A stretch of 64,000 bases of DNA, taken from positions 26,092-90,091 of the forward strand of contig JBBTRA010000004.1 in NCBI GenBank assembly GCA_038065415.1, given 5' to 3'. Numbering within the stretch: position 1 is the stretch's first letter; each line of letters begins with the position of its first letter. Below, in pieces: positions 48,335 through 59,372 of the stretch. The translations under genes were made by a program, and so were the position numbers. The stretch comes from Patescibacteria group bacterium (GTDB lineage: Bacteria > Patescibacteriota > Minisyncoccia > Phycocordibacterales > PALSA-1337). Under the pieces are notes generated by a model. That model saw only the letters and a list, made by a program, of their open reading frames with translations. It did not search any database and had not been told where the DNA came from.

Positions 48335-49738
48335 TTATATCTTCGGCCTGTTGAAGAGAAGATATACCACGGTACCAAAGAGGACGAGGATGATCAGGAT
48401 GGCCACCCAACCCCATGGAACATTCTTGAGTGAGAAGAGGGCTGCGGCCGAGAGACCATTGTCATCATCGGTCGGAACTGGCGCAGGCTTCACTGTTGTG
48501 CCTGATGAAGGAGAATAGACCGTGACGCTCGTGCTACATGCGCGGGTCTCAGAACGACCATCAGCGGACTTGACCGTGATGATAGCAGTCTTGTTCCCTG
48601 CAGAACCATAGTATTTGGTAACTGTGCTTGTGTTGCCCGAGAGATCATCGCTACCGCTCCAGATGTAGGTGTACGGAGTGATGCCACCGGTGACTTCTGT
48701 GGTCCAGCTTGCAGGCTGATTGACTGCAACGCTGCGAGGATTTGAGTAACATGCGATATCGAGACCGCTATTGTTATTTTGCGGATATGTAGGATACGGT
48801 GTGACATAGTATCCACCGACATTGATGGAACCACAATTCTGAGATACAGACCTACCACCAGAATAAACTGTGACCGAAGCCTGTTTGTATCCAGCATTGT
48901 TGTAGGTACGATAGACGGTCTGAGAATTACCATAGAGGTTGTCAGTACCATTCCAGGTATATGAGTATGAACCGCTACCACCCGAAGCAAATGCTGTCCA
49001 ACGAACTGAGCTGCCGACATTAGAACCGGTTACATTTGCAGAACAAGAAACAGACAATGGATATCGATTGTAGTCATTATCGTAATCGTAGTCGTTATCA
49101 TAGTCATAGTCTCTGTCTGGGCGAACATGAACGGATCCGTCACAGTTTCGTGAGACAGTCTTGCTTCCAGACCTGACGGTCACGGTTGCATTCTTGTAAC
49201 CATCGCTGGTATAGCGCTTGGAAACTGACTGGCCTGTGCCAGACAATCCATCGTTACCGTCCCATGAGAAATGGTACGAACCATTGCCTCCGTATGCCTG
49301 AGCCTGCCACGTGACGCGCTCTCCCTCATCGATCGTGAGTGGCATCGGGTAACATGAGACCTGAAGTGGTCCCTGGTTGTTATAGTCGTAATCGTAGTCG
49401 TTATCGTAGTTGTAGACCGGGGTATTGTACCCGACAGTTCCAACGGCGACGACGGCGCCTGGGCTGTTGATGTTGCTATTGACGTTATTGCTGTTCGTAT
49501 TGGTATACGTGTTGTTGACTGTCTGAGGATACGAATCATCATCGTCGAAGTCAGGAAGACCTGGCAACTGAGGAAGATCGGTATTGCCACTGATCACACA
49601 GAACGGATCGAGAAATCCGAGCGCCTTGATACACGCCTCGGCTTGTGCCGGTGCGACAGAGACCGCGCCGAGCATGAACGCGAACGTCATGCTTGCGAGG
49701 ACGATGTATTTAGATGTCGTAGTGTTGATATTGGTCAT
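48335..49738 (-). CDS. Cell-surface protein with three PKD/Ig-like repeats and C-terminal TM anchor
   Basis: Signal peptide, three L.V.C...V.W...GG...Y...W.G repeats, YD/N-rich linkers and a C-terminal TM. Confidence 0.8.
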   Translation of the reverse strand: MTNINTTTSKYIVLASMTFAFMLGAVSVAPAQAEACIKALGFLDPFCVISGNTDLPQLPGLPDFDDDDSYPQTVNNTYTNTNSNNVNSNINSPGAVVAVGTVGYNTPVYNYDNDYDYDYNNQGPLQVSCYPMPLTIDEGERVTWQAQAYGGNGSYHFSWDGNDGLSGTGQSVSKRYTSDGYKNATVTVRSGSKTVSRNCDGSVHVRPDRDYDYDNDYDYDNDYNRYPLSVSCSANVTGSNVGSSVRWTAFASGGSGSYSYTWNGTDNLYGNSQTVYRTYNNAGYKQASVTVYSGGRSVSQNCGSINVGGYYVTPYPTYPQNNNSGLDIACYSNPRSVAVNQPASWTTEVTGGITPYTYIWSGSDDLSGNTSTVTKYYGSAGNKTAIITVKSADGRSETRACSTSVTVYSPSSGTTVKPAPVPTDDDNGLSAAALFSLKNVPWGWVAILIILVLFGTVVYLLFNRPKI

Positions 49739-49917
49739 ATGGTTTCAGCATATCCCTCCCATGCGGCCTTGTAAAGCCGCACAATCAAGGATATAGGCTC
49801 TTAAATGTGTAACGTCAGCACTATATACTATAATTGATAAAAAGTCAAGTCCTCATTCATATAAAAATCCCGAGCATCTCACAAAGTGAGACATTCGGGA
49901 TTAACCAAAAAAAATCT

Positions 49918-50589
49918 TCAACCTTTTCTACCCACAAGATCAAGGAGCCAATTTTGCAATCGAGACTCAGGAGGAGCGATGAAATGCATCCAGAGCATCG
50001 CGGCTTCCCAGAACCAATAACGCAACGGTCCTTTACTGACCGGTACAAACAGGATGTCTGCTCGTTTTGGCTCTGGTATGGCTTTTGTTGCTCTTCGCCA
50101 CAAGAGACATATCCGTGCAATATGGGGTGCCAAACCTATGACTGCATGTTTGGAAGAACCTAGCCGCCAGATTTCCTTCTGAGTCTCTTTGACTTCACCG
50201 AAGGTTTCTCGCACCGACCGGTTTCGTGCAACGATAACTTGGACTCCATGATTTGGGCCAAACCTGTTGACCAAGGCATCACGGTACATCTCAGCTTCCG
50301 TTCGTAATTCCCCTGGTACAGTATTTCCCACGCTCAAAATCAGAGGGATGTTGTGACTCGCAGCCACGTTATAGCCTTTTGTCAACACGAGCCAACCTCT
50401 GTATGGAACGACGGAATTACGTGGTTTATATGTGTGGACCGAAACAGTCTGAATGTTCTTCCAATGAAGCTTGTACTCTTCAAGCTGATTTCGAGCCACG
50501 ATCCACATACAGAGCATTGTTACCCCACAAGCAGCAAGTCCAAATAGGAAAATACCTGCAAACACATACACGACGATGTGCATATTCAT
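49918..50589 (-). CDS. YdcF/DUF218-like membrane protein
   Basis: N-terminal TM; LILS.G...EAE.Y, T..E, H..R and E motifs. Confidence 0.6.
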   Translation of the reverse strand: MNMHIVVYVFAGIFLFGLAACGVTMLCMWIVARNQLEEYKLHWKNIQTVSVHTYKPRNSVVPYRGWLVLTKGYNVAASHNIPLILSVGNTVPGELRTEAEMYRDALVNRFGPNHGVQVIVARNRSVRETFGEVKETQKEIWRLGSSKHAVIGLAPHIARICLLWRRATKAIPEPKRADILFVPVSKGPLRYWFWEAAMLWMHFIAPPESRLQNWLLDLVGRKG

Positions 50590-50680
50590 TTTTTGATGTC
50601 CTTTGTTTGTTTTGCTAAAAAATTTATAGCATTTTTATTATCATTTGTCAATAACACCCCTCCTTTGCTACAATATCCCC

Positions 50681-51988
50681 ATGTCAAAAGACGCCAAAAA
50701 ACTATCAACAGACTCCTACAAGGGAGTCCGCGACTTCTTCCCTGCCGAAATGGCCGTCGAGAAGTACATTTTCGACATCTGGAGGAAGACCGTCGAGAAG
50801 TATGGATACGAAGAATACGGAGCGTCTGTGTTGGAACCAGCAGAGCTCTATCAGGCAAAGTCCGGCGAAGAGATCGTCAGCCAGCAAACTTATACCTTCC
50901 AGGATCGCGGCGAGCGCCAAGTGACGCTCCGCCCCGAGATGACTCCGACACTCGCGCGTATGGTGGCAGCCCGTAAGCGCGAACTCACCTTCCCTCTCCG
51001 TTGGTATTCCATACCTAACCTCTTCCGCTATGAGCAACCTCAGCGTGGTCGCGTACGTGAACATTGGCAGCTCAATGTTGATATCTTCGGCGTCGATTCT
51101 ATTTCTGCGGAGATCGAAACCATCAACATCGCCTATGACATCATGAAGGCGTACGGACTCAAGGATACCGACTTTGAAATCCGTATCAATAACAGAAAGC
51201 TGATGAACTACGTCACCAGAGATGTATTCGGGCTGGATGAAACTACCGCACAAACGATCGCCAAGCTCATAGACAAGAAAGACAAGGTCAAACAAGAATG
51301 GTTTGAAGCGGCCGCTACAGAAGTGCTCGGTGACAAAACAAAGGCATTCCTTACACTGCTCAATAGCAAGAACTTCGAGGAATTCACCACCAATCTCCAG
51401 CAGACAAAAGAAGAACATGTTGGACTCAAGGAGATTCGTGCCGTCATTGCTGGCCTCGAACGCCTCGGAATCACCAATGCCCGTTTCGATCAGACATTGA
51501 TGCGCGGCTTCGACTACTATACCGGCATCGTCTTCGAGATATATGACTTGAACCCCGTCAACCGTCGCTCAGTATTTGGAGGAGGACGATATGATGACCT
51601 GCTTTCCCTCTTCGGCAATGACAAAGTTTCTGCCGTTGGTTTTGGCGCTGGTGACGTCATCGCTCGTGACCTCATGGAGACATACGGAACCCTTCCCAAG
51701 AATGAATCTCCGGCCGATCTGGCTCTCATCGTAGTTGGAGACCAGAATACCCCGTATGCACTCGAGCTCGCGCAGTCACTCCGCAACCAGGGTATCAAAG
51801 TTGCTGTAGATCTTTCGAACAAGAAAGTAGGTGATCAAATCAAGAATGCAGACAAGCGCGGAATTCTCCGGATCATTTGTATTGGTGATGAAGAGACAGG
51901 CACAGGTACGCTCAAAATGAAGACATTGGCGAGTGGCGAAGAAGTTTCCGGTACTGATACAGACATCGTAAAAATATTGACAAAATAG
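50681..51988 (+). CDS. hisS: Histidyl-tRNA synthetase
   Basis: LRPEMT, RYEQPQRGR.RE, RGFDYYTG and GGGRYD motifs. Confidence 0.98.
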   Translation: MSKDAKKLSTDSYKGVRDFFPAEMAVEKYIFDIWRKTVEKYGYEEYGASVLEPAELYQAKSGEEIVSQQTYTFQDRGERQVTLRPEMTPTLARMVAARKRELTFPLRWYSIPNLFRYEQPQRGRVREHWQLNVDIFGVDSISAEIETINIAYDIMKAYGLKDTDFEIRINNRKLMNYVTRDVFGLDETTAQTIAKLIDKKDKVKQEWFEAAATEVLGDKTKAFLTLLNSKNFEEFTTNLQQTKEEHVGLKEIRAVIAGLERLGITNARFDQTLMRGFDYYTGIVFEIYDLNPVNRRSVFGGGRYDDLLSLFGNDKVSAVGFGAGDVIARDLMETYGTLPKNESPADLALIVVGDQNTPYALELAQSLRNQGIKVAVDLSNKKVGDQIKNADKRGILRIICIGDEETGTGTLKMKTLASGEEVSGTDTDIVKILTK

Positions 51989-52043
51989 GATATTAGAGTC
52001 AATATAATATCCAGACTTCTAAACCACAAAACGAAAGGTCCCT

Positions 52044-52490
52044 GTGAATCCTGTTCTTACTAAACCCCGTATTCTGATTGTCGGTGCCCATCTTCGCTAT
52101 CATGTATATTATTTGGACGCTCTCGAGATGTTCGATTGCCAATCGGTAAACATCGGTATCGGGTCAAATGACCTCTTCGCCGGGAAAATCGAGGGTCTGT
52201 CAGCTGTCGTTTTCGATCTGTACTACAACCGAGTTCCGGCCGACATGTCGATCGACAGATGTGCGGACGGGTTTCTCGCTGGCCCAAGGATGATTGAGCG
52301 TCTCCTGCCATTGTACCCCAACACCGCATTCTTCCTGTTCGGCGGAGCACTGCAAAGCATCGTCAAAGCTGGAGAAAACGTTTTTTTCCTCAAGCTCGTG
52401 CGCGAAACGACCTTGGAAAAATTCGGTAAGGATCTCACCGCTCAAATGACGGCGCGCCTCAAGCGGGAGGAAGCGGCGGCCTTGATATGA
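52044..52490 (+). CDS. Hypothetical protein, possible degenerate receiver domain
   Basis: RILIV, VVFDL and G......L...P pattern; convergent with a histidine kinase. Confidence 0.45.
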   Translation: MNPVLTKPRILIVGAHLRYHVYYLDALEMFDCQSVNIGIGSNDLFAGKIEGLSAVVFDLYYNRVPADMSIDRCADGFLAGPRMIERLLPLYPNTAFFLFGGALQSIVKAGENVFFLKLVRETTLEKFGKDLTAQMTARLKREEAAALI

Positions 52491-52535
52491 GCGACTAATC
52501 CAACCAACCGAGATGTATCTCGGTTTTTTATTTTA

Positions 52536-54110
52536 TTATTTCAATATTGCTGGCAACACAACACTGAATGTAGAGCCCTTCCCTTCACCCTCAGACGATA
52601 TCTCAATCTTTCCGCCATGGCGTCGAGCAATAGACTGAGCGAGATAGAGCCCAACACCAAAACCTTCCGTATCGACGCTTTTTGCCAACTTGGTGCGATA
52701 GAATTTGGAGAAGACGCGAGACATATCTTCTCGTGCGATACCGATACCACTATCGGTAACAGCAATGTGAGCCTTGGACCCAGCAACGAAAACGTGCACA
52801 GTCACTTTGCCGCCTTCGGGTGTGTATGCAGCGGCATTCTCAAGCAGGGTCTGAATAACGAACTGCATACGCTTTTTGTCTATATGTGCCTGAATCCCTG
52901 GTGAACCGCAAACCAGCGTCAAGAGTATATGCTTGTCATCGAAAGCGGGTTTGAATGTCGAGACCATACCTTGAACGAGCGGGCACACTTCCATTGTTTC
53001 GAAGGTATACTGACCTCCACCTCCTCGGTCTGTATCGGTCAGCTCCACAAGTGCTCCTGTCAAATCAATGAGCTTGTTGCTCGAATCATGCAGGTTTGAA
53101 AGAGATGCTTTCTTCTCCGAGTTATCTTCAACAGCGATCATCTCTTCTAGTGTCCACTTTGCTTGTGTAAGTGGAGTACGGAATTTGTGGGCAATGATGG
53201 TGATGAACTCATACTTGAGAAGGTCGCTCTCACGAAGTTTGTTCCAGAAAAACACACCGATGAACACCCCAATGATTGACGATGCGAGCGGCACAGCCCA
53301 TATCGGGAAACCAGGAATAATCGATTGCAGGAAATATGTGAGTGCATTGGAAAAACTGATGAATCCGACCAAAACAGCAAGTGTCAGACCGTAGATGAAC
53401 GCGCGTTGAATAATGAATCGCACCTCGAGAAGCTGGTAGCGCACCACAGCGTAGGCAATAATCAATGGGAAGAAGCCGAAGAGACTCGCCCACATCGGAT
53501 CGAACTGGATGTCATAGACGAGCAATATAGCGGTAGAGCCAACAATAAAAGCGTACAATATCGCGATGAGTACGTAGAGGTAACGGTTCTTCTTGACTGG
53601 ATCATTCTCATGTCGATACGCCCATGCCAACTCAGCAAAGTAATACGCACCGACCAGATTAAACCACAGTCTCGTCACCCACTGCAGAGGTCCCGGCTCA
53701 TAATAAAATGGAAAATACATTTTTGGAACTGAAGCCACGAGATACGTCTCGGGAAAGATGAGGTGGATCAAGAACAGAATGATTCCGGTAGTATATATGA
53801 GTGTGAGTATAGGTCTCCTCTGCTTGGCTTTGCCAATGAGCAACAGGAACCAGTGTGCCATGAATATATTGATCGGCATCATCGAGATATTGAACATAAA
53901 TATCTGACGCGATGATTCTGCATCTGGAGCCATGACCCCGAATACCTGCGATATCTGGAATACGGCAATCGATAGCGAGGTGAGCGCAAATGTCACTATG
54001 AGTGCATCGAGCTTCTTCCTGCGCACGAAGATGACCGCAAGCGGCAACACGATATTGAGGACTCCCCCGAAAAGGAACAGGATGTTATGAGTGAGCAGTT
54101 GGTAGTTCAT
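52536..54110 (-). CDS. Sensor histidine kinase with N-terminal multi-TM domain
   Basis: AHKFRTPL, LLENA..Y, DSGIG, FSKF, G.GVGL and GKGSTF motifs. Confidence 0.93.
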   Translation of the reverse strand: MNYQLLTHNILFLFGGVLNIVLPLAVIFVRRKKLDALIVTFALTSLSIAVFQISQVFGVMAPDAESSRQIFMFNISMMPINIFMAHWFLLLIGKAKQRRPILTLIYTTGIILFLIHLIFPETYLVASVPKMYFPFYYEPGPLQWVTRLWFNLVGAYYFAELAWAYRHENDPVKKNRYLYVLIAILYAFIVGSTAILLVYDIQFDPMWASLFGFFPLIIAYAVVRYQLLEVRFIIQRAFIYGLTLAVLVGFISFSNALTYFLQSIIPGFPIWAVPLASSIIGVFIGVFFWNKLRESDLLKYEFITIIAHKFRTPLTQAKWTLEEMIAVEDNSEKKASLSNLHDSSNKLIDLTGALVELTDTDRGGGGQYTFETMEVCPLVQGMVSTFKPAFDDKHILLTLVCGSPGIQAHIDKKRMQFVIQTLLENAAAYTPEGGKVTVHVFVAGSKAHIAVTDSGIGIAREDMSRVFSKFYRTKLAKSVDTEGFGVGLYLAQSIARRHGGKIEISSEGEGKGSTFSVVLPAILK

Positions 54111-54195
54111 ATGAACGGCACCCACAGTATAGCAAATCCAGAAATTCCGTTGTTCACATTTGCCTGAGAAGACTGCCTCCCGTACAATGGTCCCT

Positions 54196-54771
54196 ATGCG
54201 CATCATCACCTTCGATATCGAGACCAAGAACATATTCCAGGATGTAGGCTCGAATGACCCCGCCGATCTCGATATATCTGTCATCTGCTTACATGACTCC
54301 CTCGATGGCAGCTTCACAAGTTATCTCGAAGCAGATTTTGGGAAACTCTGGCCGATACTCGAGCAAGCAGATGCCTTTGTCACCTGGAATGGAGATCATT
54401 TTGACATACCGTTACTCAATAAGTACTACCCAGGTGACTTGACCAAGATCAAGAGTATCGATCTCATGAAAGAGGTCCAACTCGTCCTTGGCAGGCGTCT
54501 CAAGCTCGATACCGTAGGTGAAGCGACACTCGGCAGGAATAAATCGGGTCACGGTCTCGATGCAATCGAATGGTGGAAGAACGGCGAAATCGACAAGATC
54601 ATCAAGTATTGTATCGAGGATGTACGACTCACTCGGGATCTCTACGACTTCGCGATGACACATAAATGCCTCAAATATAAAGAGCTGGGGACTCTGAAAG
54701 AAGTGAAGCTCGATACTTCGAAGTGGCTGGAAAAAGAAGAGAGTGCGCTGACATTCACCCTACCCTTCTGA
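54196..54771 (+). CDS. RNase H-like (RNase_H_2/DEDD) domain protein
   Basis: FDIET, WNG..FD.P, IDL and YC..DV motifs. Confidence 0.85.
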   Translation: MRIITFDIETKNIFQDVGSNDPADLDISVICLHDSLDGSFTSYLEADFGKLWPILEQADAFVTWNGDHFDIPLLNKYYPGDLTKIKSIDLMKEVQLVLGRRLKLDTVGEATLGRNKSGHGLDAIEWWKNGEIDKIIKYCIEDVRLTRDLYDFAMTHKCLKYKELGTLKEVKLDTSKWLEKEESALTFTLPF

Positions 54772-54852
54772 TTATTGGATCTTTAGTTATTGGTTATTAT
54801 CCTTATAGTGGATTATAATTAGGAGGTACAAATCTAATCTCCTTTTCTCCTC

Positions 54853-55590
54853 ATGGACCAAAAACCTCAAGCCTCACTCACTCTCCCGGGCGCCATCATC
54901 ATCGCTGCTGCATTGATTTCTATTGCTATCATCTGGGTGAGAAAGCCCGCTGGTGCTCCATCAACTTCCAATCAACCGACGCTCAAGGAAGTTTCCATGG
55001 CCCCTGTCACATCTGCAGATCACATCCTCGGCAACCCGGACGCACCAATCAAGATTGTCGAATACTCTGACCCGTCCTGTCCCTACTGTAAAATATTTCA
55101 TCCTGTCATGAAAAAGGTCATCGATGAATACGGCCCATCCGGGAAGGTGGCTTGGGTGTACCGCTCGTTCCCTATCGATAAGCCAGGTTCACGCCCAGAT
55201 GGCGGGATCCTACACCCGAACGCTGGTTATGAAGCTCAGGCACAGGAGTGTGCTGCTGCTCTTGGTGGCAATGAAGCATTCTGGAAATTCACCGACCGTC
55301 TCTATGAAGTCACTCAGTCCGACCAAGGTATAACACTCGATCGTAGTGAGGCTCCGAAGATAGCAGCGTATATCGGACTCGATGCTATCAATTTCAATGA
55401 ATGCCTCTCGAGCGAGCGATTCAAGGGTAAGGTCGAGAAGAGTTATCTCGATGGGCTCAATGCAGGAGTCTCTGGTACGCCATATTCCATCATCATCACT
55501 CCGTCAGGCTCGAAGATACCACTCGTAGGCCTACAGAGCCATGCGACCCTCAAACAGGCTATAGATGCACTGCTCAGTGAGGTGAAGTAA
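54853..55590 (+). CDS. DsbA-family thiol-disulfide oxidoreductase
   Basis: CPYC and GVSGTP motifs; TM anchor. Confidence 0.92.
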   Translation: MDQKPQASLTLPGAIIIAAALISIAIIWVRKPAGAPSTSNQPTLKEVSMAPVTSADHILGNPDAPIKIVEYSDPSCPYCKIFHPVMKKVIDEYGPSGKVAWVYRSFPIDKPGSRPDGGILHPNAGYEAQAQECAAALGGNEAFWKFTDRLYEVTQSDQGITLDRSEAPKIAAYIGLDAINFNECLSSERFKGKVEKSYLDGLNAGVSGTPYSIIITPSGSKIPLVGLQSHATLKQAIDALLSEVK

Positions 55591-55774
55591 GGATCTTATA
55601 TAATGTGGCAAAAGAGCTCTCAACGGGGCTCTTTTCTATATATTGACAATATGGTGTTAAATGTGCTATAATAGTACTAGTAAATACCTAACCCGTCGGA
55701 GGCTTGAACTAAGCTTTCCTCGGATGAGGAAAAGTGATCTTTCACAGCTGAAGACAAAAGAAAACACCTAGTAA

Positions 55775-56206
55775 ATGAACTCGAAGAAAACGTCAGCAGT
55801 TACACTCGTTGAAATCATGATCGTCGTCGCTATCCTTGGTCTCCTGGCAGCCATCGCGATCCCGAACTTCATGATGTCACGGGATGCAAGTCTGCGGGCA
55901 CGCGAAGAAGAAAAACGTGTTTACCTGGAGGTCGGCTCTGATAACCGCGAGCGCATCCAATTCTCAGGATCTGAAACGGGGATCGTGAATCGTATCTTGG
56001 AACTCCCCAACACTCCAATGAACCAACCATTCCCTATCGTCGAGATTATGGTGACGAATAACAGTGGTCACACTTATCTTCGAAGCTCGTTTCCGCAAAA
56101 TCCCGAAAAGCTCGCAAAGGGTGACGCGGTACTCGTCACGACGATTAGACATAGTGATATTGGCGGCAGTAAGCCGATTCACTTCGTGACCAAACTGCAT
56201 CAGTAA
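55775..56206 (+). CDS. Prepilin-type N-terminal methylation domain protein
   Basis: AVTLVEIMIVVAILGLLAAIAIPNF. Confidence 0.8.
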   Translation: MNSKKTSAVTLVEIMIVVAILGLLAAIAIPNFMMSRDASLRAREEEKRVYLEVGSDNRERIQFSGSETGIVNRILELPNTPMNQPFPIVEIMVTNNSGHTYLRSSFPQNPEKLAKGDAVLVTTIRHSDIGGSKPIHFVTKLHQ

Positions 56207-56276
56207 TCAATTGTCTTCAGCAAACCCCATGGAAAATTCCATGGGGTTTCTGCTATATGGATCTGCTAAGACCGCA

Positions 56277-59267
56277 TCAGATCCCCGCGATTCCACACCA
56301 CTCACACTTCTCATCATCACATTTCTTGTCCACCACTTCCCCGCTCCAGACAGCGTCGACGAGCGATTGGATCTCCTTCTTGACTCGATCTACATCTACA
56401 TCCGTGACCGGGATCGACACTGTAGGACACCTATCCTTGTCATCAGGAGATACGAATACGAGTGATGGAACTATCTTTTTCATACGCCACTTGATGTCAT
56501 CAGCAAGCAAGAGTTTGTAGAAGATGAGCTGGCGGAAATATCCTCCATCGGAATTCTTTGTCTCACCGCGAATCGCATTCTCAGACATGGCCTGCTTGGT
56601 CTTGTAGTCGAAGACCAAAACCTCATCCTGACGATCTAAGATCGCGTCGAGTTTTCCATGTATGGGTATATCTATCTTCATACCAGCATACGAGGCACTG
56701 AAAATAGTCTTCACCCAATGTTCGGCATATATCGCATCTTTGTCTCCTTTCAAGGCAAAGTGAGCATCAAGTGCACGAGCGACTGCGGGAGCGTCTGCAA
56801 TCAATCCTTTCTTGACTGCCTCTTTGTCCGAAAGTGGCAAGAACGATGTTCTGAAATATTCATGCACCGAGTCTTCGATAATCCCTTGTATTCGTGGCAA
56901 CCGCGCTTCACCCCCAGACATCTCAGATATATCGGATCTCCAGACATTTGAGAGAGCCTCGTGCATAGCATTACCCTTATCAGCAGAGATAGATGGAGCT
57001 TGCGGAATCCTAAGGATGCTCTGGTACAGAAACGCATTGGGGCATGTCAAAAAATGATTGAGTGCAGTTACTGAGAGACCCCGTTCAGTGAGGGCATGTT
57101 TGGCCAGATCTATGAGTCGCTCATCACGGATAGAGCGGCCCAGATTCCGCGAGGCGGCATCATTATGAGCTGCTGACAGCACAGGACCCGCATCTCGTCG
57201 CGGGAGTGAACTATGTGTCGCATGCGTTGCATCCAATTCTGCAATGAAACGAAGCGGTGTCAGACCCTTGCCGTCCGACTCTTCCAGGGCCGTAAGTACG
57301 GTGACCTTCTCACGCGCACGGGTGAGCGCCACATAAAAGAGACGCCGCACATCGCGCACATCACTCTGACTTGATTCTTTCTTGGGCAAGACAAAAGATG
57401 ATCCTCGAGTTTTGCCCACCCACGCCTCTTCAGTCGCATACGGTATGAAGACGTAGTCAAACTCAAGCCCCTTACTTCCATGAGCCGTGAGTGCTTGCAT
57501 CGGCACATCCGGCGCACCCACAGTGACTTTTACCATTCTTGATTCTGCCGAGAGCCTGTAGGCAAGCAAAGCTTCCATGAGCTTCATAGGATCAGTCAGA
57601 CTACCATCGCGGACGATGGATTCACCGAGTGTCACAATGCCACGCCACACATGCACATAGGATGGATCTCGCACCAAAAGTGACGTGTATCCAGACCTAT
57701 CCGCTGCATGGATGAGAAATCCAACCGGTGAATCATTTAGGAGCTGTCTCTGGATATGGAGGAGGCCAGGTAGTTTCTTCTCAAAATATCCTGCTTCACC
57801 TTGCCCACTCTTCACTGACCTCACCACATCACCCGCCTCCTCGAACGAGAGATGCCACATTCCTGCAATGACTGTGCGAGATAATGCATCTATACGACTC
57901 GGGTCGACCAGGTATTGGATCAGATCAAAAAAAAGTGAACCTACAGGATGATTGAATATGTCCACACTACGTTCCGATGATATTCTGATGCCATTAGTCT
58001 CACAGAGACGAATCACACGATCGAGATCACGATTTCTGCGCGCAATAATGGCGACAGTCGCGTGCGGTTCATGTTCAGCGATATTCCTGAGCTCAGCCGC
58101 GAGATGAGCTTCCATGGCCGCTACATTCTCGCCCGTAACGACTTCAACCGCATGATTATTTGAGGCATCTTTACTAATACCCCTTCCGCCCTTGAGCTCG
58201 ATGCGAAGATCTGCATGCTCACCTTCTTCATAGTTATTCTCTATCATTCCGAAACTCACATCGAGGATACTCTGGTGTGAGCGATAGTTGGTATCAAGAG
58301 AAATAAGCTTCATGGCAGGCCACCTCTTTTGCAGAAGCAAAAAATTCTCTACTGACGCTCCTTGGAATCGATATATAGCCTGCTTCTCATCCCCCACCAT
58401 GAAGATATTGGGTGTCTCGAAGAATTCAGCGATAAGAGCTACGATGAAATTCTGCGCATCGTTGGTATCCTGATGTTCATCGACAAGGATATAGAGGAAT
58501 CGCTCTTGGATAAGCCGGAGCAGAAGTTCATCATTCCTCAGAGTAACCAGAAGTTCGATGATAAGATCGCTGAAATCAAGCTTCTTAGCTTCCCGCTTCT
58601 TGAACTCATAGAGTTCGTAGACATCGGCAAACAGGAGTGTCCTCTTACACTTCTCGATAGATTCTTTTGCATCAGCTTTCAACTGCCCTTTTGTTGCACC
58701 ACGTGTGGAGATCGAATCAGGATCTTTCTCGATACGCTCGATCTCTTGTCGCACATGCTGACGCACCATGTCTGGAGTCAAAGCCTGTCGCTTGGATTCC
58801 TCGATAGAGCGAATGATGCCTGATACATATGCATCAGGTTTCCCTAGGGGACGAATATCTGAAAAAGCTTCGCCGGCAATGATTTCCCTGACCAAGGTCT
58901 CCTGTTCGATATCGGTCATGACCTTCATCTCGTGGATATGCAAGAAGCGGTCGGGATACTCGGCAATCATAGCTGACGCGAAACTATGGAATGTATAGAT
59001 ACAAACATCGTGAGCGCGACCCCCGATGATACTTTCGAGCTTGCTGCGCATAGCTTTGACTCCTGCATCAGTGTATGTGATCGCCAGAATACCGTTGGCA
59101 GGAGTATCCGTCTTCCTGAGGATGTTCGCGATACGCAGGGTCAAGATCGTCGTCTTTCCGGTACCTGGGCCGGCAATGACCATGATTGGCCCCTCGATCG
59201 CGTCCACCGCCTGGCGTTGACCCGCATTGAGCTTGGCATAAAATGTGTCGAAAGCTTGTTCCTTCAT
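56277..59267 (-). CDS. UvrD/AddA-like helicase fused to a PD-(D/E)XK nuclease
   Basis: AGPGTGKT, DEHQD, GDEKQAIYRFQGA, NYRS, KGLEF and YVALTRA; C-terminal GKLD..DYKT and four Cys. Confidence 0.93.
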   Translation of the reverse strand: MKEQAFDTFYAKLNAGQRQAVDAIEGPIMVIAGPGTGKTTILTLRIANILRKTDTPANGILAITYTDAGVKAMRSKLESIIGGRAHDVCIYTFHSFASAMIAEYPDRFLHIHEMKVMTDIEQETLVREIIAGEAFSDIRPLGKPDAYVSGIIRSIEESKRQALTPDMVRQHVRQEIERIEKDPDSISTRGATKGQLKADAKESIEKCKRTLLFADVYELYEFKKREAKKLDFSDLIIELLVTLRNDELLLRLIQERFLYILVDEHQDTNDAQNFIVALIAEFFETPNIFMVGDEKQAIYRFQGASVENFLLLQKRWPAMKLISLDTNYRSHQSILDVSFGMIENNYEEGEHADLRIELKGGRGISKDASNNHAVEVVTGENVAAMEAHLAAELRNIAEHEPHATVAIIARRNRDLDRVIRLCETNGIRISSERSVDIFNHPVGSLFFDLIQYLVDPSRIDALSRTVIAGMWHLSFEEAGDVVRSVKSGQGEAGYFEKKLPGLLHIQRQLLNDSPVGFLIHAADRSGYTSLLVRDPSYVHVWRGIVTLGESIVRDGSLTDPMKLMEALLAYRLSAESRMVKVTVGAPDVPMQALTAHGSKGLEFDYVFIPYATEEAWVGKTRGSSFVLPKKESSQSDVRDVRRLFYVALTRAREKVTVLTALEESDGKGLTPLRFIAELDATHATHSSLPRRDAGPVLSAAHNDAASRNLGRSIRDERLIDLAKHALTERGLSVTALNHFLTCPNAFLYQSILRIPQAPSISADKGNAMHEALSNVWRSDISEMSGGEARLPRIQGIIEDSVHEYFRTSFLPLSDKEAVKKGLIADAPAVARALDAHFALKGDKDAIYAEHWVKTIFSASYAGMKIDIPIHGKLDAILDRQDEVLVFDYKTKQAMSENAIRGETKNSDGGYFRQLIFYKLLLADDIKWRMKKIVPSLVFVSPDDKDRCPTVSIPVTDVDVDRVKKEIQSLVDAVWSGEVVDKKCDDEKCEWCGIAGI

Positions 59268-59372
59268 GGAAGAAGTATAGCAGGAATATACCATCCGGGG
59301 ACAAAAAGAGCGCACATCCCCACTTGAGGATGCGCGCTCGCACAAAAGAACTATACCGAACTGATCAACCGA

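Noticed and set aside
49060-49420. GTAATCGTAGTCGTTATC-type repeats as a CRISPR array
   Set aside because: They encode YDNDYDY low-complexity linkers inside a CDS; there is no regular repeat-spacer period and no cas genes.
56277-59267. Helicase-nuclease fusion as a novel defence gene
   Set aside because: The architecture matches ordinary AddA/AdnAB-like repair enzymes.
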